DNA from: the human T2T-CHM13v2.0 reference genome, Homo sapiens
Direction of reading: 5' to 3'
Length of the DNA: 64,000 bases
Assembly: GCA_009914755.4 (NCBI GenBank)
Contig: CP086569.2
Span: 25,152,001-25,216,000, forward strand
Position 1 is the stretch's first letter. The number at the start of each line of letters is the position of its first letter. This document shows, piece by piece, positions 1 to 14,992 of this stretch. Made by a program: the position numbers and the translations under genes. Below the pieces are notes generated by a model. That model did no database searches, had not been told where the DNA came from, and was given only the letters and a program-made list of their open reading frames with translations.

Positions 1-533
1 ACATGTGCACAATGTGCAGGTTAGTTACATATGTATACATGTGCCATGCTTGTGCGCTGCTCCCATTAACTTGTCATTTAGCATTAGGTATATCTCCTAA
101 TGCTATCCCTCCCTCCTCCCCGACTCCACAACAGTCCCCAGAGTGTGATTTTCCCCTTCCTGTGTCCATGTGTTCCTGTTGTTCAATTCCCACCTATGAA
201 TGAGAATATGCAGTGTTTGGTTTTTTGTCCTTGCGATAGTTTACTGAGAATGATGATTTCCAGTTTCATCCATGTCCCTACAAAGGACATGAACTCATCA
301 TTTTTTATGGCTGCATAGTATCACATGGTGTATATGTGCCACAATTTCTTAATCCAGTCTATCATTGTTGGATATTTGTGTTGGTTCCAAGTCTTTGCTA
401 TTGTGAATAGTGCCACAATAAACATACGTGGGCATGTGTCTTTATAGCAGCATGACTGATAGTCCTTTGGGTATATACCCAGTAATGGGATGGCTGGGTC
501 AAATGATATTTCCAGTTCTAGATCCCTGAGGAA

Positions 534-3984
<3,451 letters not shown>

Positions 3985-4047
3985 TATGATGTGAGCTGGT
4001 TATGTTGCTCATTAGTTGATGCAGTTTCTTCCTAGCCTCAATGGTCT

Positions 4048-5060
4048 TTACAATTTGGCATGATTTTGCAGTGGCTGGTACCAGTTGTTCCTTTCCATGT
4101 TTAGTGCTTCCTTCAGGAGCTCTTTTAGGGCAGGCCTGGTGGTGACAAAATCTCTCAGCATTTGCTTGTCTGTAAAGGATTTTATTTCTCCTTTACTTAT
4201 GAAGCTTAATTTGGCTGAATATGAAATTCTGGGTTGAAAATTCTTTTCTTTAAGAATGTTGAATATTGGCCCCCACTCTCTTCTGTCTTGTAGAGTTTCT
4301 GCTGAGAGATCTGCTGTTGGTCTAATGGGCTTCCCTTTGTGGGTAATCTGACCCTTCTCTCTGCCTCCCCTTAACATTTTTTCCTTCATTTCAACTTTGG
4401 TGAATCTGACAATTATGTGTCTTGGAGTTGCTCTTCTCGAGGAGTATCTTTGTGGCGTTCTCTGTATTTCCTGAATCTGAATGTTGGCCTGCCTTGCTAG
4501 ATTGGGGAAGTACTCCTGGATAATATCCTGCAGAGTGTTTTCCAGCTTGGTTCCATTCTCCCCGTCACTTTCAGGTACACCAATCAGACGTAGATTTGGT
4601 CTTTTCACATAGTCCCATGTTTCTTGGAGGCTTTGTTCGTTTCTTTTTATTCTTTTTTATCTAAACTTCCCTTCTCGCTTCATTTCATTCATTTCATCTT
4701 CCATCACTGATACCCTTTCTTCCAGTTGATTGCATCAGCTCCTGAGCCTTCTGCATTCTTCATGTAGTTCTCAAGCCTTGGCTTTCAGCTCCATCAACTC
4801 CTTTAAGCATTTCTGTGTATTGGTTATTCTAGTTATACATTCATCTAAATGTTTTTCAAAGTTTTCAACTTCTTTGGCTTTGGTTTGAATTTCCTCCTGT
4901 AGCTCAGAGTAGTTTGATCATCTGAAGCCTTCTTCTCTCAACTTGTCAAAGTCATTCTCCGTCCAGCTTTATTCCATTGCTCTTGAGGAGCTGCGTTCCT
5001 TTGGAGGAGGAGAGGTGCTCTGCTTTTTAGAGTTTCCAGTTTTTCTGCTGTTTTTTCCCC
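4048..5060 (-). pseudogene. L1 ORF1 remnant
   Basis: ORF 4048-4608 encodes the ORF1 C-terminal domain (..IVRFTKVEMKEKMLR..NFQPRISY..). Upstream, coiled-coil coding sequence is recognisable but interrupted. Confidence 0.8.
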
Positions 5061-6043
5061 ATCTTTGTGGTTTTGTCTACTTTTGGTCTTTGATGATGGT
5101 GATGTACAGATGGGTTTTTGGTGTGGATGTCTTTTCTGTTTGTTAGTTTTCCTTCTAACAGACAGGACCCTCAGCTGCAGGTCTGTTGGAGTACCCGGCC
5201 GTGTGAGGTGTCAGTCTGCCCCTGCTGGGGGGTGCCCCCCAGTTAGGCTGCTTGGGGGTCAGGGGTCAGGGACCCAGGTGAGGAGGCAGTCTGCCGGTTC
5301 TCAGATCTCCAGCTGCATGCTGGGAGAATCACTTCTCTCTTCAAATCTGTCAGACAGGGACATATAAGTCTGCAGAGGTTACTGCTGTCTTTTTGTTTGT
5401 CTGTGCCCTGCTCCCAGAGGTGGAGCCTACAGAGGCAGGCAGGCCTCCTTTAGCTGTGGTGAGCTCCACCCAGTTCGAGCTTCTGGGCTGCTTTGTTTAC
5501 TTAAGCAAGCCTGGGAAATGGTGGGCGCCCCTCCTCCAGCCTCGCTGCCGACTTGCAGTTTGATCTCAGACTGCTGTGCTAGCAATCAGTGAGACTCCAT
5601 GGGCGTAGGACCTTCTGAGCCATGTGTGGGATATAATCTCCTGGTGCACTGTTTTTTAAACCCATTGGAAAAGCGCGGTAGTGGGATGGGAGTGACCCGA
5701 TTTTCCAGGTGCCATCTGTCACCCCTTTCTTTGACTAGGAAAGGGAACTCCCTGGCCTCTTGCGCTTCCTGAGTGAGGCAATGCCTCGCCCTGCTTTGGT
5801 TCACACACAGTGTGCTGCACCCACTGTCCTGCACCCACTGTCTGGCACTCCCTAGTGAGATGAACCCGGTGCCTCAGAAGGAAATGCAGAAATCACCTGT
5901 CTTCTGTGTCGCTCACGCTGGGAGCCGTAGACCAGAGCTGTTCCTATTCAGCCATCTTTCAACTATTTCTTATTATATGAAAGACATAATGTGTCTCGTG
6001 ATAATGATGGAAGCAGCCTCAAATAAAATCTTACAAAACACTC

Positions 6044-6326
6044 TGGACATGATGGCTCATGCCTGTAATCCTAGCACTTTGGAAGGCTGAGGCAGCTGGA
6101 CGACTTGAGGTCAAGAGTTTGTCACTAGCCTGGCCAACAGGGTGAAACTCCCTCTCTGCTAAAAGTAAGAGCATTAGCCAGGCATGGGGGTGCATGGCTG
6201 TAATCCCAGCTACTCAGGAGGCTGAGGCAAAAGGATCCCTTGAACCCGGAAGGCAGAGGTTCCAGGGAGCTGAGATCTCACCACTGCAGTCTAGCCTGGG
6301 TGAGAGAGTGAAACTCATCTCAAAAA
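6044..6326 (+). mobile_element. Alu element (AluS-like)
   Basis: ggctcatgcctgtaatcctagcactttggaaggctgaggcag.. left monomer, A-rich linker, right monomer ..ctgcagtctagcctgggtgagagagtgaaactcatctcaaaaa. Confidence 0.9.
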
Positions 6327-6827
6327 CATCTCTCTGAACTTTAAAAAGCAAGGTGAATTTAATCAACTTTCTATTTTATGCTGTCATTAAAGTTCATTAG
6401 GTTAAAAGTGAAGAGATATAAGGAATAGAAAAAAACCTCAGACTTGATTTTCAGAGCTCTGGAATCTAACTAAGTAATCAGGGGAGTGTTTAATGAAGAA
6501 AGACCTGACCTCTAAGTTTGGGCAAGACAGAATGTGGGCTGTGTGATTTAAAATGTCTGAGGTTCCCTTGGTGATTATTAGCTCAGAGGCTTTCCTTTAG
6601 CCCACCTCAGATTTTTCTTGGGGGCAGAAAGTGACTCTCAGGAGGCATTTGTGGGAAGGGAATACACTAGTCAGAGCTGTCTGTAGCAAGGAATAAGAGT
6701 CAGGTCAAGCAGTACACAAAGAAAATGCCTGGAAGGAAGAGGCTGAGGAAGAAAACTGATGAGCAAAATCAGCTTTGAAAAACTCTCACAGTTTGTTGTT
6801 TTTCATTTTGGATTGAGTTGTAAATAG

Positions 6828-7140
6828 AGACAGAGCTTGCCTTGTGGCCCACATTGGAGGGATTATGGCCCACTGAAGCCTCAACCTCCTTGGGTTCAAA
6901 TTGATCTTCCGACCTCAGCCTCCTGACCATCTCACCTCCCTGGACTCCACCTATCCTTCCACCTCAGCGTCTCACACTACAGGCATGTGTTACCACAACC
7001 AGCTTATTTTTTTTTATTTTTTTATAGAAAAGATATTGCCATGTTGTCAAGGCTGGTCTCGCACTTCTGGGCTCAAGTAATTTGTTCTCCTAAGTTTTCC
7101 AAATTGGTGGGATTACAGATATGAACCACCACACCCAGAC
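6828..7140 (-). mobile_element. Alu element, diverged (AluJ-like)
   Basis: Reverse-complement Alu: gagacagagcttgccttgtggcccac.. to ggtgggattacagatatgaaccaccacacccagac, with an internal T-rich linker. Confidence 0.8.
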
Positions 7141-7559
7141 TCCTATTGTATATTTAGAAGAATATAAGTATGTCCATTTTTGGATGCATGCACGGAGAAG
7201 ACCCCAAAGCTTTTCGTTTTCCCTGACTTTGGGCTAAACACTAGAGTTCCTCACAGAGTCCATATGCGAAGTCTGGGTGGTTTTTATTTTATTTTCTTTA
7301 TTTTCCTCTTTTTTTCTTTTAAAATATGTCAAGAGGAGTAGATGACCAAAAGGGTGACAGAACACAGGTTAAGTGGCCATACATGACAAAGAGTACAGAC
7401 TACAAAAATAGCTTTAAAGGGTTGCTAAACAAGTAAACAACCCACCAAGTAAACAGTTATGGAGGTCAATATTTTGTTATCCAAATATGCTGAATAATAT
7501 CCAAAGTGTTCACTGTTCAACAATAAAATAAAAGGCACTCAAAGAAAAAAAAAAAGGTT

Positions 7560-8510
7560 ACACTCAAAACATAATTAAAAGAAACTATTTCAGGAAACTC
7601 AGTCATGGTAGTAACCAGGGAAATATTTCAATTCATTTCATTTTAGTGTTCTCAAAGACCTAAGGGAACCCAGGAGAACAGTGATTCAAAATTGAAAATA
7701 TCAATAAAAATGTATGAATTATTTTGAAAAATGAAATCAATAATCTGTAACTAGAAGGACTGAATAGCATGTGTGAGCATGTAGAAAGCCTAATGAGGCA
7801 ACTTGAAGATGGATTGTTTGATATTGTTCAGTGTAAGGAACAAGAAGAGAAACAAGAATAATGATCAAAACTAAGGTTTCCATGGGACACCATCAAGAAT
7901 ATCAACATATTCATAATGGGAGTCCCACTGGAATAGGTGAGATGGGGAAAAAAAGAATATTTAAATGAATAGTGGTTGAAACTTCCCAAAAGTGTCGATA
8001 GATGCAAATCTACTGATCCAAGTATCTCTAAAGAACACAATACTCCAGGGAGAATAAAATCCAAGATATCCACACTGAAACACATGCACTGAAATTGACA
8101 GAAGACAAATAAATAGAGAACTTTAAAAGAATCAAGACAGAAGTAACTCACCACATGCAAGTTATCCTTCATAACATTAACAGCCAATTTCTCATTAAAA
8201 ATTATAGTGGAAAGAAGTCACTGTGATGAGATCTTTAAAGTGCTGGAATAAGAAGATAAAGTCAATCATAAACTCAATATCTGGCCAAACAAAAATTTAA
8301 CTTTATGAGCAAATAAGGCATTTCCAAGCAAACATAATTAAAGAGAGTACATTACTACTAGATCAGCCTTACAAAACATGATGAAAACAAGCAAGGAATG
8401 AAAGAAAAATAGTGCCTCATGTGCAAATAAAGAAATAAGAACATCAATAAAATAATTACGTCACGAAATAGAAAAGCCAATATTATTATATTTGGGTTTT
8501 CTGTGACTTT
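7560..8510 (+). mobile_element. Ancient L1 (L1M-type) ORF1-region fragment
   Basis: Plus-strand translation gives L1 ORF1-like motifs (..NINIFIMGVP.. ~ NLRIIGVPEGEE, and a C-terminal ..LSFITLTANFSLK.. region). AT-rich and highly diverged. Confidence 0.55.
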
Positions 8511-8536
8511 ATTTTTCTACTGGATTTAAAGGTATC

Positions 8537-8790
8537 TCACAACTGTAATCCCAACAAAGTAGGGGGATTTCCTTGAGTCTGGGAGTTTGAGACCAGCCAG
8601 GGCAACAAAATGTGACCGTCTTTTGAGAAAATAAACAAAATTAGCCAGCTGTGGTGACATGGACTTCTGTCCCCAGAACATAGGGCACTGAGTTGGAAGG
8701 GTCCCTTGAGCCCAGGAGCTCGAGGCTGTAGTGAACCATGTTTAGCCTGTGTGACTGAAACCCTGTCTCAATGAATTAAAATACAATACA
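8537..8790 (+). mobile_element. Alu element, diverged
   Basis: aactgtaatcccaacaaagtaggg..gagtttgagaccagccagggcaacaaaatgtgaccgtc..gcccaggagctcgaggctgtagtgaacc.. followed by an A-rich tail. Confidence 0.7.
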
Positions 8791-8899
8791 ATAATAAAAT
8801 AAAGAAATGACAAAAAATAAAGCAATAATTACACATCTGGGTTGTTAGCAAATGTTGCATAACAAACTATTTTTGACAAAAAAATAGAAAGTTGGGGAA

Positions 8900-11800
8900 A
8901 ACAGTATGGGAAAATGATTTTTGTATAATGTCAATGCTCAGTTGTTATAATTCACACTATATTATTATTAATTCAAGATATTAATTATAATACCATTAAT
9001 AACTTGTCCTTTTTATGGCTGCATAGTATTCCACGGTTTATATGTGCCATATTTTCTTAATCCAGTCTATCATTGATGGACAATTTGGTTGGTTTCAAGT
9101 CTTTGCTATGGTGAATAGTGCGATAATAAACATACGTGTGCATGTATCTTTATAGCAGCATGATTTATAACCCTTTGGGTATATACTCAGTAATGGGATT
9201 GCTGGGTCAAATGGTAATTCTAATTTTAAATCCTTGCGGAATTACCACACTGTCTTCCACAATGGTTGAACTAATTTACACTCTCCCAAACAGTGTAAAA
9301 GCATTCCTATTTCTCCACATCCACACCAGCATCTGTCGTTTCCTGACTTTTTAATGATTGCCGTTCCAAGTGGCTTGAGATGATATCTCATTTTGGTTTT
9401 GATTTGCATTTCCCTGTTGACCAGTGATGATGAGCATTTCTTCATGTGTCTGTTGGCTGCATAAATGTCTTCTTTTGAGAAGTGTCTGTTCATATCCTTT
9501 GCCCTCCTTTTGATGAGGTGTTTTTTTTTTTTAATGAAAATTTGTTTGTGTTCTTTGTAGATTCTGATATTAGCCATTTGTAAGATGGGTAGATTGCAAA
9601 AATTTTCTCCCATTCTGTACGTTGCCTGTTCACTCTGATGGTAGTTTCTTTTGCCATTCAGAAGTTCTTTAGTTTAATTAGATCTTATTTGTCTATTTTG
9701 GCCTCTGTTGCCATTAATTTTGGTGTTTTAGTCATGAAGTACTTGCCCATGCCTATGTCCTGAATGGTATTGTCTATGTTTTCTTCTAGGGTTTTTACGG
9801 TTTTATATTTAATATTTAAGTCTTTAATTCATATTGAATTAGCTTTTATGTAAGGTGTAAGGAAGAGATCCAGTTTCAGCCTTCTAAAAATGGCCAGCCC
9901 CTTTTCCCAGCACCATTTACGACATAGGGAGTCAATTCCCCATTTCTTCTTTTTGTCAGATTCATCAGAGATAAGATGATTGCAGATGTGTGGTATTATT
10001 TCAGAGGCCTCTTTTCTGTTCCATTGGTCAATACATCTCTTTTGGTACAAGTACCATACTGTTTTGTTTACTGTAGGCTTGTAGTATAGTTTGAAGTCAG
10101 GTAGCATGATGTCTCCAGCTTTTTTTTTCTTCTTCTTCTTAGGATTATCTTAGCAATATGGCCTATTTTTGGGCTCCATATGAACTGTACCTTTTTTTTT
10201 CCAAATCTCTGAAGAAAGTCACTGGTGGCTTGATGGGAATGGCATTGCTTGTATAAATTACTTTGGACACTATGGCCATTTTCAAGGTATTCATTCTTCA
10301 TACTCATTATCGTAGAATATCCTTCCATTTGTTTCTGTCCTTTTTGATTTCGTTGAGCAGTGTTTTGTAGTTTTTCCTGAAGAGGTCCTTCACATTCCTT
10401 GTAAGCTGGATTCCTAGGTATTTTATACTCTTTGAAGCACTTGTGAATGGGAGTTCACTTGTGATTTGGCTCTCTGTTTGTCTGTTAATGGTGTACAGGA
10501 GTGTTTGTGATTTTTGCACACTGATTTTGTATGCTGAGACTTTGCTGAAGTTGCTTATCAGCTTAAGTAGATTTTGGGCTGAGACAATGGGTTTTCTCAA
10601 TATACAATCATGTTATCCGAAAACAGGGACAATTTGACTTCCTCTTTTCCTTATTGAATACCCTTTATTTCTTTCTCTTGCCTGATTGCCCTGGACAGAA
10701 CTTCCAACACTATGTTGAATAGGAATGGTGAGAGAGGGCATCCTTGTCTTGTGCCGGTTTTCCAAAGGAATGCCTCCAGTATTTGTCCACTCTGTCGGAT
10801 ATTGTCTGTGGGTTTGTCAGTAGCTTTTATTATTTTGAGATATGTTCCATCAATACCTAGTTTATTGAGAGTTTTTAGCATGAAGGGTTGTTGAATTTTG
10901 TCAAAGGCCTTTCCTGCATCTATTGAGATAATCATGTGATTTTTGTCATTGGTTCAGTTTATATGATGGATTAGGTATATTGATTTACATAAATTGAACC
11001 ACATTTGCATCCCAGGGATGAAGCTGATGTGATAGTAGTAGATAAGCTTTTTGTTGTGCTGATGGATTCAGTTTGCCAGTATTTTATTGAGGATGTTCGC
11101 ATGGATGTTTATCTGGGCTATTGGTCTAAACTTCTCTTTTTGCTTGTGTGTCTCTGCCAGGCCTTGGTATCAGGATGAAGTTGTCCTCATAAAATGAGTT
11201 GGGGAGGATTCTCTCTTTTTTTTATTGATTGGAATAGTTTCAGAAGGAATGGTACCAGTCCCTCTTTGTACCTCTGGTAGAATTTGGGTGTGAATCCACC
11301 TGGTCCTGGGCTTTTTTTTGGTTGGTAAGCTATTAATTATTTACTCAATTTCAGAGGCTGTTGCTAGTCTATTCAGAGATTCAACTTCTTCCTGGTTTAG
11401 TTTTTGAAGGGTGTATGTGTCAGGAATTTATCCATTTCTTCTAGATTTTCTAGTTTATTTTGTTAGAGGTGTTTATAGTATTCTCTGAGGGTAGTTTGTA
11501 CTTCTGTGGGATCGATGGTGATATCCCCTTTATCATTTTTTATAGCTTCTATTTTATTCTTCTCTCTTTGCTTCTTTATTAGCCTTGCTAGGGGTCTTTC
11601 AATTTTGTTGATCTTTTCAAAAAAAAAAAAAAAAAAAAAAAAACCCAGTTCCTGGATTCATTGATTTTTTGAAGGGTTTTTTGTGTCTCTATCTCTTTCC
11701 GTTCTGCTCTGCTCTGATCTTAGTTATTTCTTGCCTTCTGCTACCTTTCGAATTTGTTTGCTCTTGCCTCTCTATTTCTTTTAGTTCTGATGTTAGGTTG

Positions 11801-14800
11801 TCAATTTTATATCTTTCCTGCTATCTTTTGTGACATTTACTGCTATACATTTCCCTCTGCCGACTGCTTTAAATGTGTTTCAGAGATTGTGGCATGTTGT
11901 GTCTTTGTTCTCATTGGTTTCAAGGAATGTCTGTATATCTGCCTTCATTTTGTTATTTACCCAGCAATCATTCAGGAGCAAGTTGTTAAGTTCCCCTGTA
12001 GTTGTGCAGTTTTGAGTGAGTTTCTTAATGCTGAGTTCTAATTTGATTACACTGTGGTCTGAGAGACACTTTGTTGTGATTTCTGTTCTTTTACAATTGC
12101 TGAGGAGTGCTTTACTTCAGGTTATGTGGTCAATTTTAGAATAAGTGTGATGTGGTGCTGAGAAGAATGTATATGCTCTTGATTTAGGGTGGAGAGTTCT
12201 GTAGGTGTCTATTAGGCCAGTTTGTTACAGAGCTGAGTTTAAGTGCTGGATATCCTTGTTAACCTTCTGTCTCATTGATCTGTTGATTAATGAGACAACA
12301 TTGACTGTGGGGTGTTGAAGTCTCCCATTATTATTGTGTGGGTGTCTAAGTCTCTTTGTAGGTCTCTAAGGACTTACTTTCTGAATCTGGGTTGTGTATT
12401 GGGTGAATATATATTTAGAATTCTTAGCTCTTCTTCATGAATTGATCCCTTTATCATTAGGTAATGGCCTTCTTTGTCTCTTTTGATCTTTGTTCGTTAA
12501 AAGTCTGTTTTATCAGAGGCTAGGATTGCAACTCCTACTTATATTTTTTTCTGCTTTCCATTTGCTTGGTATATCTTCTTCCATTCATTTATTGTGAGCT
12601 TATGTGCATCTTTGCATGTGAGATGGGTCTCCTGAATACAGCACACTGATGGATCTTGACTCTTTATCCAATTTACCCATCTGTGTCTTTGAACTGGGGC
12701 ATGTAGCCTCTTTACACTTAAGGTTAATATTGTTATGTGTAAATTTGGTCCTGTCATTATGACGTTGGCTGTGTAGTTTGCCTGTTAATTGATACAGTCT
12801 CTTGATAGCATCGATGGTCTTTAAAATTTGCTTTTGCAGTTGCTGATACTGGTTGTTTTTTTCCATGTTTAGTGTTTCCTTCAGGAACTCTTGTAAGGCA
12901 GGCCTGGTCGTGACAGAATCTCTCAGAATTTCCTTATTTTTAAAGGATTTTATTTCTGCTTCACTTATAAAGCTTAGTTTGGCTGGATATGAAATTCTGT
13001 GCTGAAAATTCTTTTCTTTAAGAATGTTGAATATTCGCCCCCCACTCTCTTCTGGCTTGTAGGGTTTCTGCTAAGAGATCCAATGTTAGTCTGATGGGCT
13101 TCCCTTTGTGGGTAACTCAACCTTTCTCTCTGTCTGACCTTAACACTTTTTCCATCATGTCAACCTTGGTGAACCTGACAATTGTATGTCTTGTGGTTGC
13201 TTTTCTCAAGGAGTATCTTTGTGGCATTCTCTGTATTTCCTGAATTTGAATGTTGGCCTGCCTTGTTAGGTTGGGGAAGTTCTCCTGGATAATATCCTGA
13301 AGAGTGTTTTCTAAGTTGGTTCCATTCTTTCCATCACTTTCAGATACACCAATTAAACTTAGATTTGGTCTTTTCACTTAGTCCCATATTTCTCAGAGAT
13401 TTTGTTTCTTTTTACTCTTTTTTCTCTAACCTTGTCTTCTCAGTTTCTTTTATTAATGAGATCTTCAGTCACTGATACCCTTTCTTCCACTTGATTGAAT
13501 CAGCTACTGAAGCTTGTGCATGCATGACAAAGTTCTTGTGCCACAGTTTTCAGCTCCGTCAGGTCATTTAAAATCCTCTCTACACTATTTATTCTAGTTA
13601 GCCATTCATCTCATCTTTTTCCAAGGTTTTTAGCTTCCTTGTGATAGATTGGAACATGAAACTTTAGCTCAAATAGTTTTGTTATTACCAACCTCCTGAA
13701 GCCTACTTCTGTCAGCTCATCAGATTCATTCTCTGTCCAGTTTTGTTGCATTGCTTGTGAGGAATTGTGATCCATTGCAGAAGAAGCACTCAATTTTTAA
13801 AACTTTCAGCTTTTCTGCTGTAGTTTCTCTCCATCTTTGTGGTTTTATCTACCTTGTGTCTTTGATGTTGTTGACCTACAGATGGAGTTTTGGTGTAGAT
13901 GAACTTTTTGCTTATGTTGATGCTCTTCCTTTCTATTTGTTAGTTTTCCTTCTAACACTTAGGTCCCTCAGCTGCAGGACTTTTGGGATTTGGTGTAGTC
14001 CACTGCAGATTGTGTTTGCCTGGGTGTCACCAGCAGAGGATGCAGAACAGCAAATATTTCAGAACAGCAAATATTGCTGCCTGATCCTTCCTCTGGAAGC
14101 TTCATCCCAGAGGGGCAGCTGCCTATATGAGGTGTCTGTCAGCCCCTACTGGGAGCTGTCTCCCAGATAGGTTACACAGGGGTCAGGGACAGATGAGAGG
14201 AGGCAGCCTGTCCATTCTCAGACTTCAAATGGCATGCTAGGAGAACCACTGCTCTCTTCAGAGCTGTCAGACAGGGACATTTAAGTCTGCCAAAGTTGTC
14301 TGCTGCCTTTAGTTCAACTGTGCCCTGCCCACAGAGGTGTAGTCTACAGGCAGTAGGCCTTGTTGAGCTGTGGTGGGCTCCACCCAGTTTTAGCTTCCTG
14401 GGTGCTTTGTTTACCTGCTCAAGACTTAGCAATTGTGAACGCCTTTCTACCAGCCAGGCTGCCACATCAGAGCTTGATCTCAGACTGCTGAGCTAGCAGT
14501 GAGCAAGGCTCTGTGGGCATGGGACCCACCAAGCCAGGCATGGGACCCACCAAGCTAGGCATGGGAGAGAATTACTTTGTCTGCTGGATGCTAAGACCTT
14601 GGGTAAAGTGCAGTATTTGGGCAGGAGTGCTCCGTTTTTCCAGGTAGTCTGTCACAGCTTCCCTTGGCTAGGAAAGGGAAATTCCCCGACTGCTTGCACT
14701 TCACAGGAGGGGTGATGCCCTGCCCTGCTTCAGCTCATTCACTGTGGGCTGCACCCACTGCCCTGCCATTCCCAATGAGATGAACCAGATACCTCAGTGG

Positions 14801-14885
14801 GAAATGCAGAAATCACTGATCTTCTGCATTGATCATGCTGGGAGCTGCAGACTGGAGCTGTTCCTATTTGGCCATATTGGAACAC
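8900..14885 (-). mobile_element. LINE-1 (older L1PA subfamily) near-full-length element, ORFs decayed
   Basis: Reverse-complement L1 from 3' region (tatggctgcatagtattccacgg.. 9010) through ORF2 fragments (9242-12757; EN start MTGPNLHITILTLSVKRLHAPVQRHR at 12757), ORF1 remnant (13117-13377 MKRPNLSLIGVSESD..) and 5'UTR ending ..ggagctgttcctatttggccatattgg at ~14885. Confidence 0.9.
11621..11647. repeat. poly(A) ~27-nt homopolymer expansion inside L1 ORF2 remnant
   Basis: The L1 consensus here has cctttcaaaaaaccagctcctgg (A6). This copy has ~27 A. Confidence 0.85.
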
Positions 14886-14919
14886 CCTCAGAAAAAAATA
14901 GGATGCATTTTTAAAGGTT

Positions 14920-14992
14920 TTTTTTTTTTTTTTTTTGAGATGGGGTCTCATTCTGTTGTCCAGGCTGCAGTGCAGTGGTGTGGAGAGTGCTT
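14920..14992 (-). mobile_element. Alu fragment (right-arm end with poly-T), truncated
   Basis: ttttttttttttttttttgagatggggtctcattctgttgtccaggctgcagtgcagtggtgtgg, then similarity to Alu is lost. Confidence 0.5.
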
